Assembly (NCBI GenBank): GCA_964016885.1
Contig: OZ024749.1
Span: 52,638,001 to 52,702,000, forward strand
Direction: 5' to 3'
Length of the DNA: 64,000 bases
From: Eledone cirrhosa
Taxonomy: Eukaryota
Position 1 is the stretch's first letter, and each line of letters begins with the position of its first letter. The notes beneath the pieces were generated by a model. The model was not told where the DNA came from, made no database searches, and saw nothing but the letters and a program-made list of their open reading frames with translations. Of this stretch, positions 12,412-26,046 are shown piece after piece. The position numbers were made by a program, and so were the translations under genes.

Positions 12412-13897
12412 TATCATCATCACCGTTTTACGTCCGTTCTTCCATGCTAGCATGGGTTAGACGTGTTGTCCTGTTGTGGGCAGTGTCTGGTCGGCTGACC
12501 ATGCCTTGCTCATACAGGAACTGATTTTTGCTTGATTTCTATAGCTGGATGCCCTTCCTAACACCAACCTCATTTACAGTGAGTGCTGGGTGCTTTTTCA
12601 GTGGTGCCTACACGTCCACTTTACAGTGTGGGCTGGGTGCTTTTTTGCCGTGCCACCTCCACGACCACCTTGCAGTGGGAGGGTGTGGGGGGATATTGTC
12701 TATATGCTTCAGATTGTACTTATGGGAGGTCGGGTACTCTGTATTACTGCGTGACGCCAGAGGTCACGGTCGTGTGTCATCGCCTTTGAGAGGTGTAATT
12801 GGGTAAGGTCAGCTTTTATCACCTCATCCCAGGTCTTCTTGGGTCTCCCCACCCCGCGGTTTCCATTGACTTCTAGTGCTCTGCACCTTTTTATGCAGCT
12901 GTCATCCTTCATACGCATCACATGTCCATACCAACGCAACCGCCTCTCTTGCACACAGCATTTGATTCCTCTTATGCTCAGTCTCTCTCTCAATTCACTT
13001 ATGCTTTTCCGTTCGCGTATATTACTATTACACATCCATCGGAGCATGCAGGCTTTGTTTCTTTCTAATCTATGTAAGTCTTTCACCTTCAGCACCCAGG
13101 TCTCACTACCATGTAACATTGCTGTTTGGATACACGCATCATACAGTCTGCCTTTCATTCTGAGGGAGAAGCCTTTTGCAGCTAGCAGTGGCAGTAGTTC
13201 CCTGAACTTCTCTCATCCCGTTCTTACCCTAGTTATTGTACTTTCTGAACACCCACCTCCGCTGCTAATTCGGTCACCTAGGTAGCAGAAGCTGTCTACT
13301 GTTTCTACAGAGCCCTCCCAGAGATTGGTGGTACTTGTTTCCTGTGTCTGTTTGCTGCTTGCTGTCCCAGCACAGCTGCTGCATGTGAAGCCTACATTCT
13401 TAATTAAGCTTCCTGAGATCCCACTACATCTCTTGTGTACCCATTGTTTGCATTTGGGGCAGAGAATGGAGTTCCTACCTACACCTTTCCTACATACTGA
13501 GCAAGGCCATTTCCGTGAGGGGATCTGGGTTCTGTTTTCTCGTCTACTTACAAGGACCTTAGTCTTTGTCATGTTGACTTTGAGACCCTTTCTTTCTAGT
13601 CCCTGCTTCCAAGTTTGGAATTTCTTCTCTAGTTCTACCATAGATTCAGCTATAAGTGCGAGGTCATCAGCATACAGGACTTCCCATCGGCATCCGGTCT
13701 TAAACTTCTCCGTTATTGCCTGCAGGACTATGATGAACAGGAGAGGGCTAAGAACAGAGCCCTGGTGGACACCAACCTGTACGCTAAATTCTTCGCTATA
13801 CTCATTGCTAATCCTAACTTTGCTGACTGCTCCCCTATACATGGCTTATACAGCTTTCACAAGCCATTCATCTACTCCTAGTTTTCTAAGAGCCCAT
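12412..13897 (-). mobile_element. 5'-truncated RTE-clade LINE (RT C-terminal half, 3' UTR, (GAT)n tail)
   Basis: GVHQGSVLSPLLF, LYADDL, FCYLG, RLRWYGHVMRM, GRPKKTW; ORFs 13213..13842 and 12709..13158 share a frame split by one TGA. Confidence 0.92.
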
Positions 13898-13914
13898 TAT
13901 ATAATATATATATA

Positions 13915-14215
13915 TATTGTTGGTGGATTTCCGACTATGAGTATTGCACAGAACTGCCTGCTCATGAAATTAACATGTAAGTGACTGAGCATTCCATAGA
14001 CATGTGCATCCTTAACATAGTTCTCAGGGAGATTCAGTGTGACACTTGAATTACAGGTACAACTCATTTTTGGTAGGTAATTGGACTGCAGCAATGTGAA
14101 GTAAAGCATCTTGCTCAAGGACACAACACACTGTTGACCGCCTCCCCCCTCCTCTCTGGTCCAGGAATCAAACCATACGATCATGAGATGAACACCCTAA
14201 CTAATAAACCGTGCT
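13915..14215 (-). mobile_element. SINE family 1 copy
   Basis: Reverse complement matches the 5228 and 24994 copies. Confidence 0.7.
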
Positions 14216-14628
14216 TTAGCTAAGCATTCTTAAGTTGCCTCCCTTTACCTTTATAAATATTTTCATTTAGCTCACACTGTAAATATGGTTGGTGTTAGGA
14301 AGGGTAGCCAGCTGTAGAAACCAAGCCAAAATCAGTTCTGTGTGAGCGAAACATGGTCCCCCAACCTGATCTCTCACAAGGGACAGCCCGTCCTACCTAT
14401 GCTAGTGTGGAAAATGGACGTTAAAAGATGATGATGATGCCACCCCCAGAGAAAGATAGTCACCCTGTGAGAGAAGACATAGAATGGGTGGTAGTAAGCA
14501 AAGGTACCATTTAGAAGCAACATGGAATCTACAGATGGGTATGAGCAACATGTGGGTCACATGACCTTGCTTATCTCATTTACTGACAACCCTCCTCTAA
14601 CCCATGCAAGCATAGAAAGTGGACATTA

Positions 14629-15210
14629 AATGATGATGATGGTGATTACGGTGGTGGTGGTGGTGGTGGTGGTGGTGATGATGGTGGTATTGATGACAAT
14701 GATGGTGGTGGTGGTGGTGATGACTGGTGGTGGAGATGATCTTGGTGGTATTGATGACAATGGTGGTGGTGGTGGTGGTGACTGGTGGTGGTGGTATTGA
14801 TGACAATGGTGGTGGTGGTGGTGGTGATGACTGGTGGTGGAGATGATCTTGGTGGTATTGATGACAATGGTGGTGGTGGTGGTGGTGGTGACTGGTGGTG
14901 GTGGTATTGATGACAATGGTGGTGGTGGTGGTGGTGGTATTGATGACAATGGTGGTGGTGGTGGTGGTGATGATGACTGGTGGTGGTGGCATTGATGACA
15001 ATGGTGGTGGTGGTGGTATTGATGACAATGGTGGTGGTGGTGGTGGTGGTATTGATGACTGGTGGTGGTGATGATTGTGGTATTCATGACAATGGTGGTG
15101 GTGGTATTGATGACAATGATGGTGGTGGTGGTAATGATGATGATGACTGGTGGTGGTGGTATTGATGACAATGGTGGTGGTGGTGGAGATGACAATGGTG
15201 GTGGTGGTGC
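14629..15210. repeat. Compound (GGT)n/(GAT)n minisatellite with recurring GGTATTGATGACAAT spacer
   Basis: Direct reading; adjoins a LINE-type (GAT)n tail; source of the poly-H/P/T pseudo-ORFs. Confidence 0.9.
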
Positions 15211-16194
15211 TGCTGATAGTTCTAGCAGGAGAGTGCTTCAAAAGAGAGGACAGGAAAAATAGCATCCTAACTCCGAAGCAGCACAAAAGAAATCCATTGT
15301 TTGAGAGGAGAAATCAAAGTTTTCAAAAAAAGCAGTACAAGGTAGCCCCCCCCCCCCCCCCCCCCTCCCCGACAGGGAAAGAGCATGCCTCAAGGATCTG
15401 ACAGGTCCACCCCGGAAACATCTCTTCAGACTCCTGAAGAGCAGAAAGAACTCAGAGGCAAAAGAGAGAGAGAAAGGAAAAGGGCTCAATTTATTACAAA
15501 ATATTCAAAAACAACATCACCAATACAGGAAGGCAGACAGAGGGATGGCTAAAGAGAATTGTGAAATCAAGGCTCCCAGGTACGTTTAATCTTTAGGATG
15601 CTGAATTACTTCCCTTGAAACTGCATTTTGTATTGGTGACATAAGGCGCCTAGAGCACACTGAAAGTTAAGACATGGCTTTACCTGACTGACTTGTTGCC
15701 GAGACTTATATGGTGATTATATGTGTATTGAGGTTGTAATGTCAAGGGTGGAGAGCAATAATAACAAATACCTCCAACAGTGGTTGGTAATCCCTCCAAG
15801 CTTCACTAAAGTTGGCTTCTACATAAGATTAGGACAGCTCCAGTTTCACCTGTCATCTGTGTTGGATGGAGGAATTGAAGGTGGAAAAGTGCAGAGTAAC
15901 AATGATGTTGAAGGACACACACGTGTTACAAAAAGGCCAGGACACAAATGGACAGTTAACGATACTGTTACACAAGTGGTAAAAGCTTAACTGTAGGGCA
16001 GAAAAGTTTGTCTCAAGGTTACAAGCTCACCAGGCTAGTGCTTATCTCAGTTTTCATGGCGTTAAGCAACTGAAAGTACAAGACTTCCCCCTAGATATGA
16101 CCCCAGCTCATCACAAGATTAAACCTCCAGCTATTGCTGGTGGTACTTATTTTCAAGTGAATATATTGAAGCCACATGAAATAAAGTGTTTTGC

Positions 16195-16465
16195 TCAACT
16201 GGTACTTCATTTTAGTAAACCTCAACTGGTACTTTATTTTATTGAACCTGTGGTAAACCTCAACTGGTACTTTATTTTATTAACCCTGTGGTAAACCTTA
16301 AATGGTACTTTATTTTATTAACCCTCAAATGGTACTTTATTTTATTAACCCTGTGGTAAACTTCAAATGGTACTTTATTTTATTAACCATGTGGCAAACC
16401 ACAAATGGTACTTTATTTTATTGAACCAGTGGTAAACCTCAAATGGTACTTTATTTTATTGAACC
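16195..16465. repeat. ~36-38 bp tandem repeat derived from a SINE segment (TGGTACTTTATTTTATT)
   Basis: About 7 imperfect units of CTCAAATGGTACTTTATTTTATTAACCCTGTGGTAAAC embedded between SINE pieces. Confidence 0.8.
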
Positions 16466-16750
16466 AAGAAGAATGCAAAACAAAGTTCACCTTAGCATGG
16501 TTTGAACTCAGAATATAAAGAATCAGAACAAATGTCATATACCATTAAGATTTTCCCAATCCTCTCTTCTATTACACTTCTCTTATATTATTACACTTTA
16601 CTGATAAAATAGTTCCTGCCTGATTCAAGCAGCAATTGAAAGGTTTTCTATAGATTTTTTTTCCTACTTTAATTCAAACATTTTAAATGCATTAATATTA
16701 AATTAGTATCTCACCTTGTTTCTTGTCATCATAAAAAAAAAATTGTTTTC

Positions 16751-17072
16751 TACATTATACAGGTTTCCACCACAGTTGCACGCTACCTAAGGTTTCAAAG
16801 CCTACTCTAGCATAGGTCTTAGAGACCATACATTATACAGGTTTCCACCACAGTTGCACGCTACTTCAGGTTTCAAAGCCTATCTGGCATAGGTCTTAGA
16901 GATCATACATTATACAGGTTTCCACCACAGTTGCACGCTACCTCAGGTTTCAAAGCCTATCTGGCATAGCTCTTAGAGACCATACATTATACAGGTTTCC
17001 ACCACAGTTGCATGCTACCTCAGGTTTCAAAGCTTATTCTACCATAGGTCTTAGAGACCATACATTATACAG
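16751..17072. repeat. 77-78 bp tandem repeat, 4 full copies
   Basis: TACATTATACAG recurs at 16751, 16829, 16906, 16983 and 17061. Confidence 0.92.
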
Positions 17073-18382
17073 ATTTCTTTAAAATTTGTAAATGAAAAGA
17101 AAAAGAGTACTCCAGCATGACCTCAGCCTGTCAGCTGGAACACAAAACAGAGTAATAAAGTAGGACAAATAGAGTGATTAAACTTTCCCTAATTAAAAAA
17201 AAGTCTTAATATTTCAAAGATTATCAGTAAATACACAAAAACTCAGATAAACATAAATTGTACGTTTTATTCAGTTAAAATTATATTATAAAGCCATTAA
17301 GTAAGAACTAGATTAAAACCCTGTCAATGATTTTTGTCTTTATTTTGACTGAACAGAAAGATGAATTTCATAGGTACACAAGTAAAGTCCAGTGTGAACA
17401 TTATATTAACATAAGTATACAATTAAAAAAAGGAACGATCGACTTTCATCAAATTGGACCGAGGAAACCATGTTTCCATTGGTCTTTCCAGTTGCTAGTA
17501 CTATCTATGCAATTAAAATAGTTCCAATACCTACGGTTTTTAATCATCGTCATAGTGGTTATTAAAAAACACAAAACTACAAAATGTTTCTAACATTATT
17601 AGTTAAAAAGATGAAGATACATCTTTCCAAATGAGGTTATTGGTTATATCTTAGTTCACAAATTATTTTATAAAACAACAACAAAAAGATTTCATGCTTT
17701 TTTTTCTTTTAAAGAGAAAAAAAACAAACTAAATTCTACATTATAAAGACATCATATCACATCAGTAAGAGTGTTTTAATAAAGCAATTTAGTAACACTT
17801 TAATGTGATTTATTATTGGAATATATATATGAAAGAAATAGTAATTCAGTAAAGGTTAATATTTCATATCAAATCTGAATAGACATAGATTCATTTTTTA
17901 ACCCTTTAATGTTCAAACCGGCCAAAATTTTCTACCTCTTTCTGTTGAAACTGGCTGTAACTGGTCGCTCAAACTGATGTTAAAGTATTGTTCTCAAAAT
18001 AAATACTTTCAAAATCTCATAGATTCTATATTATGTGAGATAATTATGTGAGGTAAAGCCATTACCATGAAAATATAATAGTATATATAGAATAATGTGA
18101 ATGCTAAGGGGTTAAACTGGCCATATCTGGCCAGAATTCTCTCACCCCTTTCTCTTCAAACTGGCTGTAACTGGCCACTCATACTGACATTAAAGTATTG
18201 TTCTCAAAATAAATAATATTACTGTGAAATACAATAGTTTATATAGAGCAATATAAATACTAAAAGGTTAAACAGATAAAATTGTATATTTCAATCTACT
18301 AAATCAGAATTTAAAAATAATAATGGTATTCAGTGATTCCATGTAATTTATTTCCTCCCTAGTTTTGAACTGAAAGTTTATA

Positions 18383-18561
18383 TTAACCTAAATCCAAGTT
18401 TGCAGCATTAGACCAGGCAGCGTGAGATGCTCCATCCATTTCAGGAGCCAATGTATTACTTGCTACTAACTGATGAGACGTGCCACCTATTTCACATTTA
18501 CAGTCAGGACAAACAGATTTCTCCATAGCACCGCCACAGTCTCCAATAGCATAAACATGAC
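18383..18561 (-). CDS. ZNFX1: ZNFX1 terminal exon: RZ-type zinc finger
   Basis: Acceptor TTTCAG|; joins WFKCKNG to HVYAIGDCGGAMEKSVCPDCKCEIGGTSHQL...APEMDGASHAAWS; stop TAA 18385-18383; not in ORF track. Confidence 0.93.
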
Positions 18562-18704
18562 CTGAAACAAAATTTTGATATCAATTTAAAAAAAACTATA
18601 GAAGTTCAATTGTTAACATGGTATAACGTGTAAGTTGAACTTATACATTACAAAATTTTGACACGAAAAGATTACTACACAATACTTTCTTCGTGTATAA
18701 TCCA

Positions 18705-18895
18705 ACTCTTCTTCTTTGCCTACTTATTCCTGAGAGGGTCATGGGGGGAGGGGGGTCCTCAAACACTCCTTCCAGCAACTGTCTCCAATTGATCCGGCTT
18801 GGGATCCACAAATGAGACCAGCTAAGCTCATGGAAATGTCGTCCAGATTTTTTGCTTGGGGTCTATCCCTGGGTCTCTCTTACGTGGTCGCTGGG
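18705..18895 (-). mobile_element. RTE-type LINE 3' end in the last ZNFX1 intron
   Basis: - strand encodes an RPRDRPQAK-like remnant plus a 3' UTR shared with the copy at 57680-57920; (GAA)n tail. Confidence 0.6.
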
Positions 18896-19104
18896 AGGGG
18901 GGGGGGGGTTAAGAATCTCTGCATTAGATAATGTAGTCATTGAATGATAGTGAAAGGGATGCATGGAGAAGCAGGAAGAAGAATTTTCAAGAGAGTAAAT
19001 TCTAAAGGCTTTATACTAACAGAAAACAGGACATACTTCCAAGAAATTGTATTTTATCATAAACAAAATTAACTATTCACTACAAATTTTCAATATTTGC
19101 TTAC

Positions 19105-22100
19105 CGTTTTTACATTTAAACCATTGTCCTTTTCGCAGCTGCAAAGCATCTAAAATTTCAATTTTTTCTTTCTGGGAAATATTCAAACCAGGTTTCAATG
19201 TTTTTACTTCATCTAGAATTGTTTTAATATTTGAATTCTTTTCTTCTGAATAAAATCCTTCTAAATATACATATGCTTTTTTTAACACATGCAAAATATC
19301 AGGCAATTGTTTCAATTCATTCTGAGTATCTTCTACAATCTGAAGTGTTTGGAGACGTAGGACTTCATATTTTAAATCCTTCAGTTCTTGGGGAGTAAAT
19401 CTCTTCTTATGATTTGTAAGCCATGTGACTAAATAATCAGAAGAAATTTTCAATTTTGATAAAACTTCTAAAAACTGAACCTTACTTTTCATGGAGATTA
19501 AGTCTTCTTCAGATCTTATCTTTATGTCTAACAATTTCTTTAAAAATGGCTTTGACTTGATAAAGGTTTTAAAAAATTCAGAAACTTTCCTAGGATCTGC
19601 ATTCAGTTTTTGTTTTACTTCTTCAATATCATCTAAGGTCTTATTGATAAGATTGCCATATCGCTGATTACGTCTGATTGGGATTTTACACTTTGGACAA
19701 CATTTTAGCTGAATTTCAGAATTAACAACATCAATTGTCATCCAGTGATCTAAACCATTTACTTCAAAAACATGCTTACAATCTTGAAGTTGAACAAAAC
19801 GAGTTCCATCTTCATCTTCATTTCCAAAAAATATTTCTTTAAGCTGAGCTCCATGGCAAATTGAACATAAATTAGGACATTGTTCTCCACAAAGACCAAC
19901 ACACTGGTGACCACATTTAAGCAATTTGTTGCATGGTTCCTTACATGCTGGACGATCACAGGGTTCATAACATAATTTGCTGCAACTGTAATGGGCACAC
20001 TGCCAGTTACATGGTTCGACACACACTTCACAAGGTTCTCCACATTTCTTTTTACATTCATTGTGTACACATTTGTTTTCACAACGCATTTCACAAGGTA
20101 AACAGGAAGAACAATCTTTAGTTTGACATTTGTGACCGCAGATTAAAATTCTTGTGCACCCTTCATCACATGGTTTGTGAATATGAGTATTGTTACATTG
20201 AGAACAGTATCCTTTGCAAGTATGTTCACAGTCAAGAATTTTGTTACAGGTTACAAAACATTTATCTTTTTTATAACATTCTGTATTTGAAGTATGACCA
20301 AGAGGACATTTATTAACAATTATTTGTGGACAATTCTCCAAACACGACTCTCCACATGTATTGAGACATTTGTGACCACAAGCAAGTTCTCTTGGGCATG
20401 GTTCCTTACATATAAAAAAAATAGGATTTTCTGAACATAACATCTCTTGAATGTGAAAGCAATTTGGCACTTCTTTTGAAACTTTAGTCTGGCATGGTTT
20501 ACATTTTTCTGAACAGGATTTTAAACATAGATGGTTACAGTCAGGAACAACTCTTACACACTTTTTAAGACACATAGTGTTTTTGTGTTCTTTATCATAA
20601 GGATGACACATTAATGTACAAGTATGGCCACAATCCAGGCGTGTGTTACATGGCTTTAAACATCCACCTTCCGGTACCCGAGAAAAGTCTTCAAGTGATG
20701 CCACTTCTGCAAACGTACCAGGATGGTTCTCACATTTCAACATCATTGCATCAACAAGTAATCTTTTCTCCTCTAACGATAACAAAATGCCTGCCCACAG
20801 TGGACTATTTCTAGCAAGAAGCTGAAAATTTCCAATGACATATAAACCTTTCTTTGCCCTTGATAATGCAACACATACTCTGTTATCAATTTTGAGATAT
20901 CCAATTGAATCACGGTCATTACTTCTGACTAAAGATAATAAAATTATGTCATTTTCTTCTCCTTGGTAGTTATCAACAACGCTGACTCTCACATCCTCAC
21001 ATAATCGTTGTTCTTTAACCAATTTCTTTATATAAAACAACTGTCCTAGATATGTTGTTAGTATAGTGATTTGGGAACTCTCATAATCTTGTTTTCGCAA
21101 ATAACAACATAGTTGAATGATAAATGAAGCTTCGTATGGATTGATTTTACTTTTAGTAAATGTTACTTCGTTTTCTGCATGACTGTGATTAATGAAATAT
21201 AAATTTTGGTGAATTCCACGTATGTTTTCATACTGCGTTACTGACTCATGATTTTGTAACCCTGGATAAATTGGATGAACTAATTCTGCAATTTCAGGCC
21301 TCATACGATGTTGATCAGTAAGACATTTCACTTCGATATTATTATTAAACATCCGTTCAAAGAGAGAAACATCCAAATTGTAGTATTTTGCAAGTTTATA
21401 TACATTTGTAGACGGTTGTAGTTGTTTGTGGTCACCAATTAGAATAAGTTGTTCACAGCTGCGATTTAAACTTGTTATAATATGAGCCTCAAGAATTTCT
21501 GCAGCTTCTTCTACGATTATAATTCGTGGTTGGAGTTCTTGAAGGATTGCTCGATATCTAGCAGCACCTGTAGTTGTCATTCCAATAATCAAAGAATTAC
21601 CTAAGATGGTTTTATCTTCTTCATATCTCAGCTCTTCCAATCTCTTTGCAGCCACGTTGAATTTTGTTGCTAAATCAAAAAGATCTTCTAATAATTTTGA
21701 TGAATACAGAGATAGCCAATAACGGTAAAGGCACCAACGTTTTGAAACAGGCATTATCCACAAATCACTATTACTGATTAAATTAATTTTTTCAACAGAC
21801 ATAATTTCTTCTGCGTTTAATTCTCTTTTAAGTTGTGCCCTCAACTTTTTCATTTCTTTAGCTGGTCTTTGAAATCCATCTTCATCAACTAAATTAACAC
21901 CTTCATTAATTTCACCACCAAAAACAAATTTCCTTTTAAATCTTGCTTGATGTAAATCGTTAATATCTCTATCGAGCATACGGTCTTCTTGAAGGAAATC
22001 AACATCACGCATAGACTGATTAGTTTCATTATAATTAACTGTCTCTTCAGTATAGTACTCAGTAACTGGGATGTCTTTCATACCTAACCATATTTCAAAG

Positions 22101-24064
22101 AAATGATCATTTATGTTATCTCCAAAACTTTCTATCAACATGTTGTAAAAGTGTCCCATATATGGCTGGAGAACATCAATAGAAAGTATGTTCCGTTTTC
22201 TTGTCTGAAATTGTATAGTTAATAGATCAATTTCATGTTTCAGTTCTTTCATTTCGTCTTTCACTGTATATCTGTTTCTTTCCACATCCTTATCTTTTTT
22301 CCATAACATGTCTGATTTCAAATCACGCAGGTTATATTTTTTGAGGACTTCACTAGAGCTTCGTCCTCCAACTCGAACAATACCTCCAACTAAAAACTTA
22401 TCAATACCTTCAAGAAACTGATCCAAAGAATGGTTTGTGTAACATACAATCAACATAGGCCTGCCACACCATTTTTCATGGTTGCTACAGAGTGCCTTGA
22501 CTACCTGGAGGCCAATATAAGTTTTTCCTGTTCCTGGTGGACCTTGTGTAAGTGAGAATTCTTTAGATAAAATATTAGAAAAAGCATTCAATTGAGAATC
22601 ATTGAAATTCAATGACATTGCTTCTGGCCACTTGTTAGCTAAAACATTAACCTTAATGGCAGATAAAGATGGACTCTCAACTTTAACAGTTCGGGTAGTA
22701 TAATTATAAACAAGTTTACATTTATCAGTTAGACAAGATAAATCAAAAACAGGGTTAGTTTGTGTCAAATATTTTGGAACTTTCACATTTTTATCAGCAT
22801 ATAAAATATAATCCTGGAAAGGTAAATCCGAAGAAACAATTTCCTTTAAGCCTGTTAAAACATGTCGATATCCTTCAAAAAATGCTTTTGATTCAACCAT
22901 TACAAATTTCTTATTTAAGATGGAATCCATTTTAACATCAGAAAAGAAGTTCAATGTAACTATTCCTTTCTGTAGTTCTTTTGAAATCCTGTCAGAAATT
23001 GTAGCATAATGTGTAGTTAAGAATTTATCTTCAGACAAACAGACAAGTGACCCAAATATAAATCGCTTATTCTGTTCCCAATTGATATTGAAGAATTTGG
23101 AAACATCAAATGATACTTTAAACTGAACACCATTGTTACTTGTTTCCCAATCACAAACATATACATCATGATAGACATAAAAAGCATCATTAGGGCTTTC
23201 CTTTAGTATATTTTTGCATTCCATGCATGAAGCTAATCCTTCGCGTAATGGAGCAACAAAATCTTCTCGTAACAAACGAAACTGGACATCTAGATAATGT
23301 TCAAGATTTTCATAAACGCCTTCCTTTAGATTTTTTTGAATAACAGGTTTTTTAGGTGATACAGTCTCATCTAGAGTAGGGGTCAAATTTAGATCCCTAA
23401 AATCACCCAAAATATTTGCTAAAGAATGCTTTTTCTGTCGAGATTTTGTTGCATGTTCAGAACTGATAGGTTTTGAAAGGTTCGATAGTTCTTTAATTTT
23501 TGATTCAATCTCTGAGTCAGAAGAACCCTTAATAGCTATATCGATTAGTCCTACAGTTTGCATCACCTTGACATAATTACTGGGTGTAACTGTTAGAATT
23601 ATTTTTAAAACATCAAAAAATTCAATCAAGAAGTCTCTTTCTTTGTCATTTATTTCAGTGATTGCAATAATTACATCATTGATGTGATCAAAGAATCTGG
23701 AATACATCATTATTGATAGATGTTTGTTGTTCATTTCCTTCAGTGAGAAAGAGTCAAAACTTTGCTTCAAAACTTTTAAAAACAATGTAGTTGTGTAAAT
23801 GTCCACTGGTTCATCAAGAAAGTTCTTGAAACATTTTTCACAAGACCCTAACTTTAAACAAATATTATTTGGATTCGTCTCCTTTAAGTCTTCAAACAAT
23901 TTCAAATTGAAACAACATTTTTTGTGTTTTGAACATCTAAGAAAACCTTCATCAGGAGATTTTTTTGAATTTATCCCAAATCTTTTCTGAATTTGTCTGC
24001 TGACACAATGATGCTTTGATTGATTAATTGGCTTCATTTTGGGTTGTTTACGATTGTAGTTCAT
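19105..24064 (-). CDS. ZNFX1: ZNFX1 main exon: UPF1-like SF1 helicase, NF-X1 zinc fingers and RING-like domain
   Basis: 1672-aa ORF with YLDVQFRLLREDF, QGPPGTGKT, VEEAAE, IGDHKQL, SLFERM, QHRMRPEI, VDNYQGEE, NRVCVALSRA and many CGHxC repeats; acceptor at 24069, first ATG at 24064, donor G|GTAAGC at 19105. Confidence 0.96.
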
Positions 24065-24993
24065 TATTCCTGAAAGAAAATTGGGTATCAATAAGTTCCT
24101 GAAAATTTTTTTTCAAAAAGTATGTATTTAAAACAATAACCTGTATATACTTCCAAAGGTTGGCTGTATCTTTACAGCATCAGTTACAAATGTTTTTTTT
24201 TTTATTTGTTCTGTCTTTCTACACTCTAAGCCCAAATTCCATTGCGGTCAACTTTGTCTTTCATCTTTTTTGGGGGTAATAAATAAATTAATAATTCAAT
24301 ACTGGCACTGATTTTTCTTAAATCACCTTTGTCAGACAATGAGGAAAGCGATGGGAAATACCAGCCTTAAAATGCCTCGAAGACATGTCATAAGTCATGA
24401 CAGCAGATCAAGCATTGCATCAAGAGTTGAGGACTAAAGGTAATGCAAGGCATATAGACTTTTATAATTTACCAAACAGTTCCTCTTAAGGAATAAATTT
24501 GAAGACCAACATAGTAAGCTACTGTATATTCTCACCAAAGCATTTTACCATGGCTGGTGCCAATTGGTGTTGCTTGTGTGTAACTCCACCAGACATATGT
24601 GCATATATACACATACACGCATACATACGTGCACACATACATACACACATATATACATTCATACATACAAACACACATACGCACACTAAGAAACACGCAT
24701 ATATCATCAACGTTTTAACATCTATATTTCCATGATTGATTATGTCATGTGTTGAGGAAAGATGAAAATGACTGGGTGAGAGTAATAGAGACTGTGGTGA
24801 ATGTCGTGAAGAGGAACCTCTATTGTAAAGTAAGCCCCCCCCCCCCCCCCTCACTTCCATACTATTACAAGTCACAAGAGAGTTTACTTTCATTATCCAA
24901 CTACGCCGCAATTGCTATTAGACCAGAATACGTTTTATATGTTCCACACCCTGGTAGTTTTAGTGGCTTTATATCACCTATAACTTTTTTATG

Positions 24994-25290
24994 TGAAGAG
25001 TCGTTCCTTAATGGTTAGGGTATTCGGCTCACGATCGTAAGGTCCTGGCTTCGATTATCGGTGGCGCCTTGTGTCATTGAGCAAGATATTTTATTTTACG
25101 TTGCTCCAGTCCACTCAGCTGGCAAAAAATGAGTTGTGCTTGTAAATTCGAAGAACCAGCTTAGTCATATTCTGTATCTCACTGAATCTACCTGAGAACT
25201 ACGTAAAGGGTACGCGTGTTGTGGAATGCTCAGCCACTTGTACGTTAATTTCATGAACGAGTAGGCTGTTCCGTTGATTGATTGAAGGAA
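24994..25290 (+). mobile_element. SINE family 1, near full length
   Basis: tRNA-like head, TGTGTCATTGAGCAAGATATTT core, 3' body shared with the 13.9 kb and 40 kb copies. Confidence 0.75.
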
Positions 25291-25760
25291 CTGAAGATCC
25301 GTAATTTTTTTAAATAAGTGGGGGTTTGAAAAAGAAGTAAAATAATTATACACACACACACGTACATAGATACATAATACACACACACACGTACATAGAT
25401 ACATAATACACACATATAGAAAAGAAAACATAAAAAGGTATGTTTTCAATTACGACGGGTAGAGAACCACTAGAGGGGAAATAAAGTCTACGAAAGGAGT
25501 GGAAAATACGTATTAAGTAATAGAGTAAATAAAAGTGTACAGACCAAACATCTATAACTATAAAACACCTAGACAAACTCTAAAGAAGAGAATGTTTCGC
25601 CATAAAAAGTGTCGAACCCATACAGCTTAGGGCTTCTCAACAGATATTAAGACAGCATGGCCGACATATTATATATATATACATATATAAATATATATAT
25701 ATATAAATATATCTAGATATATATATATATCTATATATATATATATTATTTTTCATTCTT

Positions 25761-25796
25761 TCTTCTGATGAAGGTCTAGCGTCCGAAACGTTAAGA
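25761..25796 (+). ncRNA. Minimal type I hammerhead motif at the head of a ~130-bp Penelope-like/retrozyme fragment
   Basis: TCTT-CTGATGA-AGGTC.TAGC.GTCC-GAAAC-GTT-AAGA (stem I TCTT/AAGA; one stem II mismatch); sister copy at 46955. Confidence 0.7.
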
Positions 25797-25917
25797 CCCT
25801 CTTCCTGCCATATCATGCGTTAACCTAATATATCCCTTCCATATACTGTACCAATTGTGTTGTTATTTCTGTTTACCTTTTACATACATACGTACATTCG
25901 CACATACACACACACAC

Positions 25918-25997
<80 letters not shown>

Positions 25998-26046
25998 AAT
26001 GAAATAACAGGAGGCTGGACTGGTGTAAATCCTTGAAAGGTTTATT

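Noticed and set aside
12839-13984. + strand ORFs of 148 and 219 aa
   Set aside because: Antisense shadows of the RTE reverse transcriptase.
14597-15286. His/Pro/Thr-rich ORFs
   Set aside because: Trinucleotide repeat expansion next to a LINE tail; all frames are low complexity.
24065-24091. ORF-track start of ZNFX1 at 24091 and end at 19073
   Set aside because: The start is a TTG upstream of a splice acceptor, and the ORF end reads through a donor; the true C-terminus is in exon 18383-18561.
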